This document shows, one piece after another, positions 11,535 to 23,611 of a stretch of 64,000 bases of DNA (position 1 is the stretch's first letter; every line of letters starts with the position of its first letter). The stretch comes from the human T2T-CHM13v2.0 reference genome, Homo sapiens. The notes beneath the pieces are model-generated. The model was not told where the DNA came from and ran no database searches. It was given only the letters and a program-made list of their open reading frames with translations. The stretch lies in the NCBI RefSeq assembly GCF_009914755.1, contig NC_060926.1. One strand, 5' to 3'. A program made the position numbers and the translations under genes.

Positions 11535-13444
11535 CATCTCTGACCTGAGACCACTGGGCTGGACAGTTCCAGGGTTGGGGTGCTGTGGGCTTGTCGAGTG
11601 GCCAGATCACGCCTAATATCTGCTCAGGGTGTGTCAATGGTTGAGGAATTTCAGAGAACTAATACAAACAAGTTCATGCCATTGCTCTGAATTCAGGCCC
11701 CAGCAGTGTTTATGATTGCTTGACCAAGCCCTCACCAGCTCTTTCTGGAAAACTCAGTCCAGTGAGAAGTGGGCACTGGGGGACAGAGAAGGAAGAGGAG
11801 AGAATCATGAGCCATGCTGGATATGCAGGTGGGCTGCAGGGCTCAAACTTGAACCAGTGCATCTAAATGGGCCAATGGTGCCTTGTGGACTGAATGTTCT
11901 CCAAGGCTTAGGAGGGGTGGGAGGACCCCAGGACCACTACCTTGAGGGAAGGAGAGAGCCTGGGACCGCTGGAGCTGGGGACAGAGCTATGAGAACCAGA
12001 GGGAGTGGAGATTACTGTGGACAAGAAGCATCTTGGAAGGTCTTTCAAGCACCTGGGCCTGGACAAAAAAGTTCCACAGGGGTCAAAGGCAACACTGCGG
12101 AAATCCTCTGACAGACTGGGTGTAGCTGGCCAGGGTGGTCCACGGGATGCTATGAGGACCACTTGTCTCCTCCGCAAGAAGCTCGCAAAATGGGAAATGG
12201 CAGGTGTCGGCCTTGGAGGGAGATGGCTGGTTCAGCAGCACAGGCATCCTTCTCCCTCTGCTTCTGTTTGACTGCTTCCAAGTCACCTTTCATGTTGTAA
12301 ACCACTGCTTGTCACTTTGCCAAATTCCTATGCTCTTACTTAAGTGTGATTCAAGCACTAGATGTTTTTGACATTTGAAGATTACTTGGTTCTTTGGGCA
12401 ATTTTCTCGTTTGCCTTCAAAAAAATGCCTGCAGTTCTCTATTTCATCTGGTGGAAAGGTGAGGCCCAGGATGCATGTAATGAACTGATGGCACTGTGAG
12501 GCACTGGGCCCGGTGAACTCGCAGGGTGTAGCTGAGATACAAGGTGTTTTCTACTAAAAGGATCAAGGCAGCTCCTCGACCTCACATTGGGGATCATTTG
12601 TACTGAAGATAATTCTTCAGCGGAGTTGTGCTGGCACTGAGTTAGCCAGATGAGCTGATCTCCATGCTGAAGCCAACCATGGGGCAGCCATTTCCATCCT
12701 GACTGCCCACATGCTGTGTGATCCATTTTCTTTGTGGCAGAGGGCTGGTCACTGCAGACCCATGGACACGGGTGTCACCATATGGTCACTCCAGACATGG
12801 ACGTGGGTTTCATAATATCATCCTTTCTACTCCACTGAGCCAGGACTGCCATCACCGGGCAGAGGTTAATTGAAAATTCATGTAACTATCCGCTCATTTA
12901 TTAAGACCCACCTCCTTTTCTTCCCTCTCCCAATGCCTCTCTAATGCCAAAATGAGTCTCCACCCCTGGGGAGAGACGGGAGAAAGAACAACCTGCTCCC
13001 CACCTTGAAAGAAACCATTGACTTCATGGAAAAAACCACAGATTCATGGCCCTGCAGTGTTTGTCTTGGAATGTTTGTTCATTTTCCCATTTGTTCCCTT
13101 TGTAAGCTGTGCATCTGTCCCCACCAAGCCCGGTGCTCTGAAGGTGGCATCGATGGCCCTGAGTTTGTCCCTAGCTCCCGCCCTTCCTTTGTAATGTGTC
13201 CCTTCTTCCCCCACGGGTGCGGTGGGAGGCCCGTGCACCCTGCTGTGGGGTAAGGTGGCATCAGGCACAGAGAGAGTGACCCGGGGTTGTCTTTGGTCAC
13301 TCACAAGGTAATTTCACTTGGCAAATGATTGGAAAAGAGGCTGCTGTTCTCACAGACGTCTGTGAACCCCATGCCTGAGCTTCTTAGCCCTCCTAGCTGT
13401 GCTGTTCCCCAGATGGAGTCCATTCCATTAAAGGACTGGAAAAC

Positions 13445-13615
13445 AGAACTCTTGAAGACAGGATAAAGGATTAGGGATAATTTCATTTCAGAAGAAAGAG
13501 GCTGAGGAGGGACTTAATTGTCTTTGAAGGATCCTCCTGTGGAGGACAGAGATGAGTTGTTCTCCATCTCACTGAGCGAGAGGAGACAAAGTGGATCTCA
13601 AATGAATGTGCAAAG
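13445..13615 (+). mobile_element. CR1/L3 LINE fragment
   Basis: AGAAGAAAGAGGCTGAGGAGGGACTTAATTGTCTT resembles the CR1 ORF2 3' region (LEKRRLRGD-like). Confidence 0.55.
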
Positions 13616-14227
13616 CTTCCTGTGAGCTGGGGCCGGCCCCCTGCAGGGAAGGTTCAGGGAGACTGGGCAGACAGAGTGGGTGGCACTAGGGGCTGTGGGG
13701 GCCGCGCAGACGGATGTGTTTGTGCGGCGGGGTGGGAGGGATGCTGTGGGAGAAAGAGATGTCTCCATCCCGTCTCAGAAAGGAAATTGTTAAAAGCAAG
13801 AAATTAACAGACAGTGAGTAGGAGAGACCCCCAGTGGCAGGGGAAGCAGGTGTGGAGTGGGTTCAGGCTGGCTGGGTCCTGCAGACTGGGTGGAAAGCAT
13901 GTCAGCTGAAGTACAGAGGTCACACAGGGAGAGCAGGAGGGGCCCATGGGGCTGGAGAGCTCAATTTGAGCCTCTTTCCCCCAAAGGTATGGGGACCCAC
14001 TGGAGATCCTTCAGCCAGGGAGTGACCCATGATGGGGCTTCTCATTCTGGTGTGTTATCCCTTGACAATGGGGGAAGCCACATAGCATAGCCCCAAATGC
14101 CCGTCTACAGATCCTTGCCGGTCTCAGACTGGTCTGCAGCAAACAGAGGAAAATACTGACACCATGCAGTGAGTTTTTCATAGAACTAAATGCATTGCAT
14201 TTAAAGTGCTGTCCTTATTCTGAGACT

Positions 14228-14650
14228 GTGTTCTATCATCCAAGATTCTTTGTAGCAAGCAACAGAAACCAATCCTGGGTAATTGAAACAGAAAAGGAAT
14301 TTATTAAAAGGATATTAGTCAGCCCAGAGTCTCCAGGGTAGTTGGAGAACCAGGCTCAGAGGCCACATGGCCAGGAATGACAACAGTCATACCCAGATCA
14401 GGCCCCACAAGGCCCCACAGCTGCCCTGCTGGTCAGACCTCCAGTTGGTCCAGAACAGCACCACCAAGCTTCCAAAAGTGGGTGCTGCAAATGCTGCAGT
14501 TCTGCGCTCTCCCCACTCCTATGGGTCACCAGTTTCTGATATAAAGTGTGTGTCGGTGCGTCCTGTTGGTGGAGCAAGGGAGGTAAGTGAATTTGCCATT
14601 TTCAGCTTCTATAATGCAAGACGGGCTTAGCTTCCACAGCAAGGCAGGGG
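14228..14650 (-). mobile_element. MaLR LTR (old MLT1, K/L-like)
   Basis: GTAGCAAGCAACAGAAACC...GGAATTTATTAAAAGGATA is a reverse MLT1 3' end. Confidence 0.7.
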
Positions 14651-14907
14651 CTTAGCTGTGTCTTAGCTTCCTAGACACAAGGCAGGGGCTCAGGTGCTGA
14701 GAACCTGCCCAGGAAGGAAAGGTGTTTCTTCTCTGTCTCTTTGAGTGTCTGTGCATGTGTGAATTTTAAAAACGTTCTTTCTTTTGTGAAGCGAAGGTGA
14801 TTAGGTTGTTTGATGTTTAAAGCATTATTGTTACTTGGCAGAATATGAAGTTGGAAAGCTATTATTTGTTCCCACAAGTTTTGGAGGTTTAGTAGTCCAT
14901 GAAATCC

Positions 14908-15330
14908 AAAAGACTAGGACTTTAGTGCCAGACAGGCTGGGCCTCAATCCCAGAGCTGCCCCTTACTAATCAAGTAGCTTTGCATGAAGGTTTCTGAGGT
15001 CCTGTTTTGTTGTTGTTGTTTTTTAAATCCCCTTAGTCTGTTTATGTATCCTTAGATCTAAAGGTAGTCTTTTTATTTTTTTTTTTGACATAGACTCTCA
15101 CTCTGTTGCCCAGGCTAAAATGCAGTGGCACGATCACAGCTCACTGCAGCCTTAACCTCCTGGGCTCAGGCGATCCTCACACCTTAGCCTCCTGTATAGC
15201 TGGGACCACAGGTGTGCACCACCACACCCTGTATATATTTTTTAATTTTTTTGTAAAAGATAGTAATACTCACTGCTCAGAGTTGCAGTGAGCAGTGAAT
15301 AAGAAGACATGGGTGAAGTGTGTAATCAAT
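14908..15330 (+). mobile_element. MIR split by an Alu
   Basis: MIR 5' part at 14908-15008 and 3' part at 15255-15330. Confidence 0.55.
15070..15255 (-). mobile_element. AluJ right arm / FRAM
   Basis: T tail; GATCACAGCTCACTGCAGCC...CCTGGGCTCAGGCGATCCTC. Confidence 0.85.
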
Positions 15331-16114
15331 AGCTGATAAGAAATTGGTGACACTATTGGGTTGAGGGGTCGACATTGATCAAAACAACTTTCTAGAGGCA
15401 GATCCTAAATCATGCAGAGTGGCTTAGAATCTGTTCTTGTGCCTGCTGGAGTTACACCTTCATGGCAACAAGCACCTGAGGGCACAGTGATAACATCCCG
15501 AGAGCCTGGGGAGTCTTGTGTATTTCTTCTCTGCTAACACTTGTATGCTGGAAAGAAGCTGTTGTATTCTGAAACACTGATGCATCCCAAGTTCAGAAGC
15601 CCTGACCTCACAGAGCTCCACTTCTAGAAAAACACCTAGGGTAATCCAAGCCCCGCCCTCTGATGGGACTGGATGTCTTGCAGCTGCGGTTTGGTGGGCA
15701 TTTTCCCTCTTTGTCTCCCTCCCTCCTCTCTCAGAATGGACAGGACAGGCTGTGTTGTCCTCTGCAGGTCCATGCCTCAGTTTCTTCATCTAGCAAAAGG
15801 CAAGTGATACACCAAGGTCACCAGGGCAGTGAGTTGGTGGCAGAACCGGGACTCAAGTCCAGGGTCTCTTCATGCAAATGTAAGAGATGCTATGTGGTGG
15901 TGCAGTCTTGGGCTGGAGGGACTCAGCCCTTTTTTGCCTGTGAGGTTCACATCACCCTGTCTTTTGAGCTGTTCTCATCTCTCTGTCAATAGATCCATTG
16001 TCTATGATTTACTGAAACTCTTCCTGGAGAAGCTGCATTTTATCCATTGCTGCCTATCGGGTAAAGAGGGTGTCTAGTGTGTTGCCAGCTAAATAAACAT
16101 GGTGGCCTTCCTGG

Positions 16115-17485
16115 CCACGTTCCCTTTTTCTGCCCCTCCTGGGGCTCCATCTTTGTTCTCACTGTACACATTCTCTCTTCAGTATTGTTATGGGCTCCCT
16201 AAAACAATGGTTCCCAAATCCGTATCTTCAGTACTGACCCCACTGCTGACTGTGAGACCCATAACACCAGCTCACTAAGGGCCATCTCCCCTGGATACTC
16301 CACAAGCACCTCCATTTGAGCCCTTCTGAAGCTGATCTCAAGCCTCTTTTCCCAACCCCAGCCCAAATCTCTTCCTCCACCTGGGTTCCTATCTCATGGC
16401 CCTGACAGAAGCCTGGGAGCCTTCCTGAATACTCTTCCTTCCACCCCCAACATAGAGCTGTTCCCCGGGGCCATCAGCCTTCTTCTCTTCATTGCCTCTG
16501 TCCTCTCTCTCCCTTGCCACCAAGACCTCTGCTTGGTTCAGGCTCCATCCTCTCTTAAGGGATTTGACAGCAACCTTTTAACTCATCTCCTGGCCTCTGA
16601 GCTTTTCCCTGCCCATTCATTCTCCATCCAGAGCCAGGGCACCAATTCTATCCTGACAGCCTTCTGCTAGAGCCATGGCTTAGAGATCTCATTTGGGGAT
16701 ACACGTTTGTTGTGTGGCCATCATGTGTGGCTGCATGGAGTGACCGAAGTGAATCATCTGCCTGCAAGCGTTTACACTCAGGTGAGCACAATTCACATAC
16801 TCCTTGGCTTAGCACATGTCACCAAACTTACATACGTCGAACCTCGAGCTTTAGGTACCTTGTCTTGATCCTGGCAACAGTGCCATGCAGTACGCACTGC
16901 GCGATCCCCACTTTCCTGATGGAGACACTGAAGCAGACGGAAATGAAGTCGTTTGTCCAGGTGAACAGAGCAAGTCAGTCGTGGATGGAGGCTCTGTACC
17001 CAGGCAGCCTTGACCCTGGGATTTTCATTTTTATCACTGCATTGTCTCTCCTCCAGCCTCACCTTTCTCTCCCCTCCAGCCTCACTTTTCTCTGCTCTTT
17101 TCCTGTCATAGACCCTTTAGAGCTCTGCTGAAGTGCTTGCAGTTCTCCCAACACCGTGGGCTTGTTCAGCCTGGATTTTTAGCCTTGAGTTTCTTCTCCC
17201 TAGAACCTTTACTGCCACCACGACCCCCACCCTCTACTGAGGCTGTGTCCAGTGTGGTCAGAGAGACCATCTGGGTCTCTTTCTTTTTGGTGCCCTGTAG
17301 CATAACATCGTCTCCTGTCATATTCTGTCCATCGCCCTGGAGTAGTTTGTTCATCTTTCCCCTCAGCTAGATTGTGATTTCCTTGAGGGCAGGGTCTGTC
17401 TTGCTCATTTCTGTCCCCGAAGCCCAGCACAGTCCCTGGCATATTGTAGACACGCTGTAAGTGTTTGTTGAAAGAGTGAATGAAT
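16115..17485 (+). mobile_element. L2 (interrupted) including 3' end
   Basis: Pyrimidine-rich L2 body ending CCCAGCACAGTCCCTGGCATATT...GTTGAAAGAGTGAATGAAT. Confidence 0.75.
16800..17040 (-). mobile_element. MIR within L2, CpG-rich
   Basis: ATCCCCACTTTCCTGATGGAGACACTGAAGCAGA...GTCCAGGT reverse MIR core. Confidence 0.65.
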
Positions 17486-18059
17486 CCAGACACACCTTCC
17501 ACTGTGGGGTCCTGTCCTCTCACTGCGGCAGTGGGCTTTCCAAACTGAAGAGGCTTTGTGCTTCCACCTGCCCTCCTGCCTGACTCCCCACCCCATCCTA
17601 CCTGGACCCCGCCATGGAGCCAGGGCCTGATCCTTGGTCTTTGTTGCTTTGTCAGCCCTTGGTGATGGAGTGGGCATGGGCACTGTAAGGAACCCCCCTT
17701 GGGAGGGTGTCCCAAGGCTGGCAATCCCTAGCTGGGTCTGGGGGCAGATCCTTCCTGACTCCCACCCCCGTCCAAGCAATTTGTGGCCTATGTAGGCTCC
17801 ACATAGGCATCTCGGAGGGACCTGCAGACCCAGTGCTTTGGTTTTGAAATGTTAGGCTTCAGCATGATTTAGTGCCCTGGCATTTCTGAGCTAGTTTACA
17901 GTAATCAGGCATTTGTTAATGCTCACTTTCTCCTCCACGGACTGTTGCTGACACAGGAATTTTCTTTGTTGATTAGATTTAGCCCTGTGCTAAACAGTAA
18001 CCGGGGGAGGGTAGTAAGGGAAGCCTGGACGCCAGCAGTGATGGTAACCGGGGGCCCAG

Positions 18060-18230
18060 GGATGCTGGGGCCACAGCTTATGAACTTTGTTAGTGACTTA
18101 ACCCCTCTGAGTCTCAGCTGTTTCATCTGTGAGTCAGGGATAACCTTACCCAATACGCTGGGGTTACTGTGAGGATTAAAAAAGAAAGACTACAGAGCAT
18201 TGTGTTTGACTCACAGCATGCACTTCGTCA
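18060..18230 (+). mobile_element. MIR
   Basis: GTGACTTAACCCCTCTGAGTCTCAGCTGTTTCATCTGT...GTGAGGATTAAA. Confidence 0.8.
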
Positions 18231-20339
18231 ATCCTGATCCCCCCTTCCCTGCCCCTTAGTGCCCATGTTAGGCTTGACTTATTGGCACATGAGTTCCACA
18301 AGGTGCCAGATGGCACTTTCCATGGTAAAGGAATCTATAGGTAAAGAACAGGCTTTGTCTTTCTCCTAGTACTGTTAGGATTCATTACTGCCTCCAACTC
18401 CTGCCCCGTCACATGCCCCATTGGTGTCTTTTAGAGTCTGGAGTTGCAGACCACAGATACTAGTAAATTGTCCTACTGACTAAATTAAAACAGGCCAAGT
18501 CAGAAAACTCGGCTTCCAGATTGCCAGACCAGTATGATTTTTCCAAAAAGAAGAGCTTCCATAAGGTCACATTTGTGACTTATAATTTTGAACTCTGCAG
18601 ACACTGGCCCCGCCCTCTGGCCAGAACTGTCCCGCTCCCCTGCCTTCTGTTTCTCTCCCTCTCTTGAGTCATTTCTGCTACCTCTGAGCCAGTGAAGGAG
18701 GCCAGATAAAGGCTCCTGGTCTGTCCTGGCGCTCCCCAGGCTGGAGGGTCCCACCTGGGGAGGGCACAGCCATCACAGGAGCTGCAGGGCCGTCTGTGGC
18801 CCGCGCTGTCGGTGGGAGCCCACAGCCGGGGTGACTGCACTCACGTACACATGTGACTTTCCTCCTTGTCCCTGTCTCGCTAGGCTTGACTCATCTCTTT
18901 AATCACTGTGGACTTGGATGCTCTGTTATTTCCAGGGCATCTTCTCAATTTCATTCTGAAAGTATGTCCTCGCTCTATTCAGAATAGATTTTTAATTGCC
19001 CTTTCCCTGAAAAATGTCGAGCGGAATGAGTCCTCAGGATAACAGTGGCCTTAACCAGGAGTCTGGCATTGAGCTCAGTGCTGAGGCCCGTGTCGCAGTG
19101 GGGCTGGGGTCTGAGGGCTCCCGTGGGCTGCGCTTTGGGGTGCGGCTGGTCTCTCAGCCTGGCCTTTTCCCCACTCAGGCGATTCTGTTCCTGGCTCATA
19201 GGTCATTTGTTGAGAGGAAGGGACTTGGGGCCAGTCATTACTCCAGGATTAGGCTGCCTGTCCCAGCTCGGCTGTTGACTGGCTGGCTGACTTCACCACT
19301 CCCTTCTCCCCACTGAGCCACAGAGGCCTTGTCATGTAACACATCACAAAGGTTAGATAAGGGCGTCCAGTGCTTTCACTCGTGGAATGCCTGCAGAATA
19401 ACATGGTTTCCCCACACACGGAGACACAGGCTGCTTGTGTGGCCGGCACGGGGGGTCCTACGTCAGCATGTGGTGACCCTTGGCCTCGCCCACCATCAGA
19501 TCACTGTACCTGTGTCCCCTCCTGTTCCCTCCTGCCCAGCGACCCTCACGGACTCCGCATCGTCTATCCAATAAGAACAATCCCTCAGCCATTTCAGAGC
19601 TGTCTACAGCTGGAACTCGCCCACCTTGTGGCCGTCCCTCGAAGCCCTGTTTCCTCTCCTTCCTTGCTGCGTCCACACCGATCCCGTCACTGCTTCCTCC
19701 TGCCTGAAATTCTCACTGCGTGCAGCCCGTTGAGCTAAAGGGTCAGAGACTCACTTAAGCTATGTCAAGGAATGGGGCTTGTTTTACGGGAGGCGGAATC
19801 CCACAGGAACACAGGCCCGCTGGCTCCCGAGACCGGGCTGTCTGGAGTCCTCCATGCGTCTTCATCTCAGGGCCCTGCTCACAAAGCGACTGCTGCCCTC
19901 TGAGCAGATTCTGCCGCACCTTTCTTAGTTTTCTTCCTGATGTCAACTGATAGATCGTGTGTATTTTCTGGCAAGAAATTCCAAAGGAAGAGAGTCCAGT
20001 GAGCTTAGCTAACTGCCCCTGCCCCACCTGCCAGAGCTCCTGGTGCCAGGGTGTCTGCAGAGTGCCTGCTGGACCTTGTGCTGGCCGCCTTTGGGTCTGG
20101 GGCCATCTCTGCTCCCAGCCACGTCCACCCTTTTCCAGAAATGGCACTGCTGAGGCCCATCTGTCAGCGGGGCCTCTGGGTGGGGCAGTCACTATGAGTG
20201 GCACATGTACGACTCATCTTTCCGCCACCCCCCCACCCAAATTATACCCAACCTTCAAAGCCGAGCATCAATCTCACACCCTCCCAGAAGCCCTGGCTGC
20301 CTCCTCCTCCTCCTTTATCAGTCAACAGAGACCTTAGAG

Positions 20340-20520
20340 ACCTGGCCAGGCGCCAGGCCAGGGGCTTTCATTAACATCTTCGCACACTAGTCCTCACAGC
20401 AACCTTCTGGGAAGTAGGTATCATTGTGTCCCCTCCTTACAGAGAGGGAAGCTGAGGCTCAGAAAGGCAGGGTGACTCGCTCAGTAGTGTAGACAAGGCT
20501 CCAGCCCACCCTGTAATTCC
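20340..20520 (-). mobile_element. MIR
   Basis: TCCTCACAGCAACC...TTACAGAGAGGGAAGCTGAGGCTCAGAAAGG. Confidence 0.8.
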
Positions 20521-20894
20521 ACTCAATGTTTCTTCCACCTGTTCCAGGTCCTTTGAGCCCCTGCAATCCTCCTGGTCTGTCACATGCTAGACAATGGTTG
20601 GCACCTGTCTTGTGGTGTCTCCCGGCATGGCCTGGATTGTAGTGATCTGTGGTCTGTCCATTGCTGAAGGGGTGTCTGCTCCTGAAGATCACATGGTCAG
20701 GGCAGAGCCGGAGGCTGGGCTGGGGGCCCAGTAGGGCCTCCCTACAGAGCACAGGGAAGTGGAGGCCGTCTCTGCCTCTCCTCTCCTCTCCTCCTCTTTT
20801 GGGGTGGCTGCTCCTGGAGGGGAGAAGTGAAGGATTTCTGGTACAAAGTCATTCTGCTTGTCCTGAATGTCAGGAAGGAAGGTTTAGACAAGAT

Positions 20895-22176
20895 TGTGTG
20901 TGTGTGTGTGTGTGTGTGTCTGTAGCTGTGTGTGTCTGTGTGTCTGTGTCGGCATGTCTGCTTTGTGTGTCTGAGTGTGTGTTCATGTGCCTGTGTGTCT
21001 TGGTGTGTGAACCTGTGTGTGTGTGTTATATGTTGTGTGTGTGACTGTGTATGTGTGACTGTGTCTGTTAGTGTGTCTCTGTGTTGTGTGTATGTGTGTG
21101 TGTTCGTGTGTGTGTGTGGGTCTGTGTGCATATGTGTTCATACATCTGTGTGTGTGTCCATTTGTCTGTGTGTATGTACATCTCTGGCTCCAAAGACCAG
21201 GTCTGTGTGTGAATGTGTATTTCTGTATGTATGTGTGTATCTGTGTGTCTGTGTTTGTGTCAGTTTATCTGCCTCTGTGTCTGAGTCAGTGTGTCTGCCT
21301 TTGTGTGTCTGTGTGTGTCATATGTTGTGTGTGTGTTCATGTGTTTGTGTGTCTCTGTCAGTGTATCTGTGTGTCATATGTCTTATGTCTGTGTGTGTTC
21401 ATGTGTTTGTGTGTCTCTGTGTGTGTCAGTGTGTCTCCCTTTGCTGTCTGTATGTTTGTGTGAGTGTGTCAGTATGGGTGGGTCTTTGTGTGTTGTGTGT
21501 GTCTGTGTGAGTGTGTGTTCTTTGTGTATCTGTGTATCTATGTGTCTCTGTGTCTGTATGCCAGTGTGTCTATGTCTGTGTGTGTAGTGTGTTTGTGTGT
21601 GTGTTCATGTGTCTGTGTCTGTGTGTGCCTATGTATCTGTGTGTCTCTGTGCATTTTGTGTTTCCTTATGTGTGTACATGTGCCAGTGGGTCTGTGTATG
21701 TCTTTGTGTGTTGTGTTTGTGTGTGTGTGTCTGTGTGTGTCTCTGTATTTTCATATGCCTATGTGTCTGTGTTGTGTGTGTGCCTGTGTGTGTTGTATGT
21801 TCCTGTGTGTTGTGTGTCTTTTTGTGTCTGTGTGTTGTGTGTCCCTGTGTGTCTGCCTCTGTGTGTTATGTATGTCTCTGTGTGTGTCCATGTGTCTGTG
21901 TCTCTCTGTGTTGTGTGCCTGTGTATGTGTCCCTGTCTGTGTGTCTGTGTCTCTGTGTTGTGTGCCTGTGTGTGTGTCCCTGTCTGTGTCTGTGTTGTGT
22001 ATGTGCCTGTGTGTGTGTCCGTGTGTCTTTGTCTGTGTAGTGTGTATGTCTGGGTGTCATGCGGTCCGCCTGTGCAGGTGAGTGGGCAGTGCCCGTGTGT
22101 GTCTGTGTGTCTGTGTCTCTGTGTGTTGTGTGTGTGCCTGTGTGTGTGTTCGTGTGTCTGTGCAGTCTGCATGTGC
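20895..22176 (+). repeat. ~1.3-kb degenerate (TG)n / TGTGTC simple-repeat tract
   Basis: Direct read; source of all the Cys/Val and His/Thr ORFs. Confidence 0.97.
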
Positions 22177-22379
22177 AGGTGGGTGGGAAGGGCTGTGCTC
22201 TGCACTCCTGATGGATGCCGCTGTGCTCCTCCAGGAGGCCTTGAATTCCCCATTCAGTGCTGAGCCTGCGAGGGATCCAGTCACTCGCCCACACCTCTGT
22301 TGGTGAAATGCCAGCAAGCCATTTATGCCCCTATTGCTTAGAAAATGCAAACTCAAGTCATTCAACAAAAGCAGCCCTT

Positions 22380-23120
22380 GAATGGGTCTTGCCGACTGGC
22401 CCTTCGGGGCCTCAGGGCCTGGCTGTCATGGAGCCGTGGCGGGGAGCCGCAGGCCTCAGCGTGGACAGTGGGGTTGGCGGGCCCCGCAGGTGGTCCCTGG
22501 GAAGTTCCTGGTCACAGGAAGTGTTTTTCACTCATCCGCTTACTGTTCTTTTTTCCCTGCGAACAGAAAAGCCTGGATGGTTCTCCCGGCTGCTGTCCAG
22601 GGCCGGGCTCTGCAGGGCAATTCTGGGGCCACCAGAGGCGTCTGCTGCGTGGTCAGCCTGGCCGACTGACCTCCCGGGCCTGACCTCCCCAGGCCGTGCC
22701 TCCCACCCCAGGGTCTTCTCTCTTCACCGAAGGGGTCCCTTCCGCCCTGCCCCGAGAGCTGCCCTGCGCGGGCTGTCCCCTGCTTTGTCTGCATTTGCAT
22801 TCAAATCCTCTCTGAGAACTTCTTAAGCAGTGTCACAGTCCGTGCCTTGTCCTCTCAGATTCTCAAACGACTTAAAGCAGAGCTCTGGGCTGGTGTTTCT
22901 CTCAAAGGGAAACGGCCTCTGTGATTTCTGGAGTGCGTCATTCCCCTACGACTTGGCGGGTCTGTTGCTGGCCATGGGGTCAGTCAGAGAGGCCTAGCCT
23001 CAGCCTGGCGGGCGGGGGTCCTGTGGGAACACCATTCCATTCTCCATGGGCTCAGGGGGTGCGGTGTGGGATCTCGCTGGTCCTCCTGGGCCTCAGCTGG
23101 TGCCCCGGGGCCTCCCCTTG
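22380..23120. promoter_or_regulatory. GC/CpG-enriched unique block, candidate enhancer or weak CpG island
   Basis: Many CpGs relative to the window; ETS motif ACAGGAAGTG near 22514. Confidence 0.4.
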
Positions 23121-23601
23121 AGCTCCTTCTCCATCCTGGAGTGTCCTAGCCAGGTAACCCCAGCACAACGATGTGTCCGCATAGGCCAGGCTCCTCCACC
23201 ACACATATGAAACAGCAGCAGTGTGTCCTTCTCCCTGAAGACGAGCAGGGAGCTTTGTCACAGGTTGCACGGCTCCAATCTCTCCCCGACCCCATTCACC
23301 ATCCTTAGTGGCTTCGCTGGAGCATCCGCTCTCTCTCCCTTCCTGCCCAGCTGTCCACCTGTCACACCCAGCACAGCCCTGAGGTGCTGCCTCTTCACAC
23401 GTGGCTCCCTGAAGGACAGTGGGGCTCTTGCTCCTTTTCTTGTAATAACAGCACCATCCACCACTCCTCTCTGAGGAACGGTGGGTAGAACCGATACTTC
23501 TAGAACAAGTGCTTGGGGCTTACTGCTATCAAAGGTGGGAAATGCATCAGATTTAAATTACCTATTGTAAAAGTCAGCCAATAATTCCTTACATAGTTTC
23601 C

Positions 23602-23611
23602 CCTAATATGG
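23602..23611. promoter_or_regulatory. Perfect CArG box (SRF site) CCTAATATGG
   Basis: Matches CC(A/T)6GG in repeat-free sequence. Confidence 0.45.

Noticed and set aside
10583-11637. Paralogous-looking ORFs sharing METTSHSHNTSSDTSV
   Set aside because: Explained by the DNA duplication; similarity appears in several frames, with no coding signature
20649-22368. Many 100-250 aa Cys/Val or His/Thr ORFs
   Set aside because: Translation artefacts of the TG repeat, which lacks stop codons
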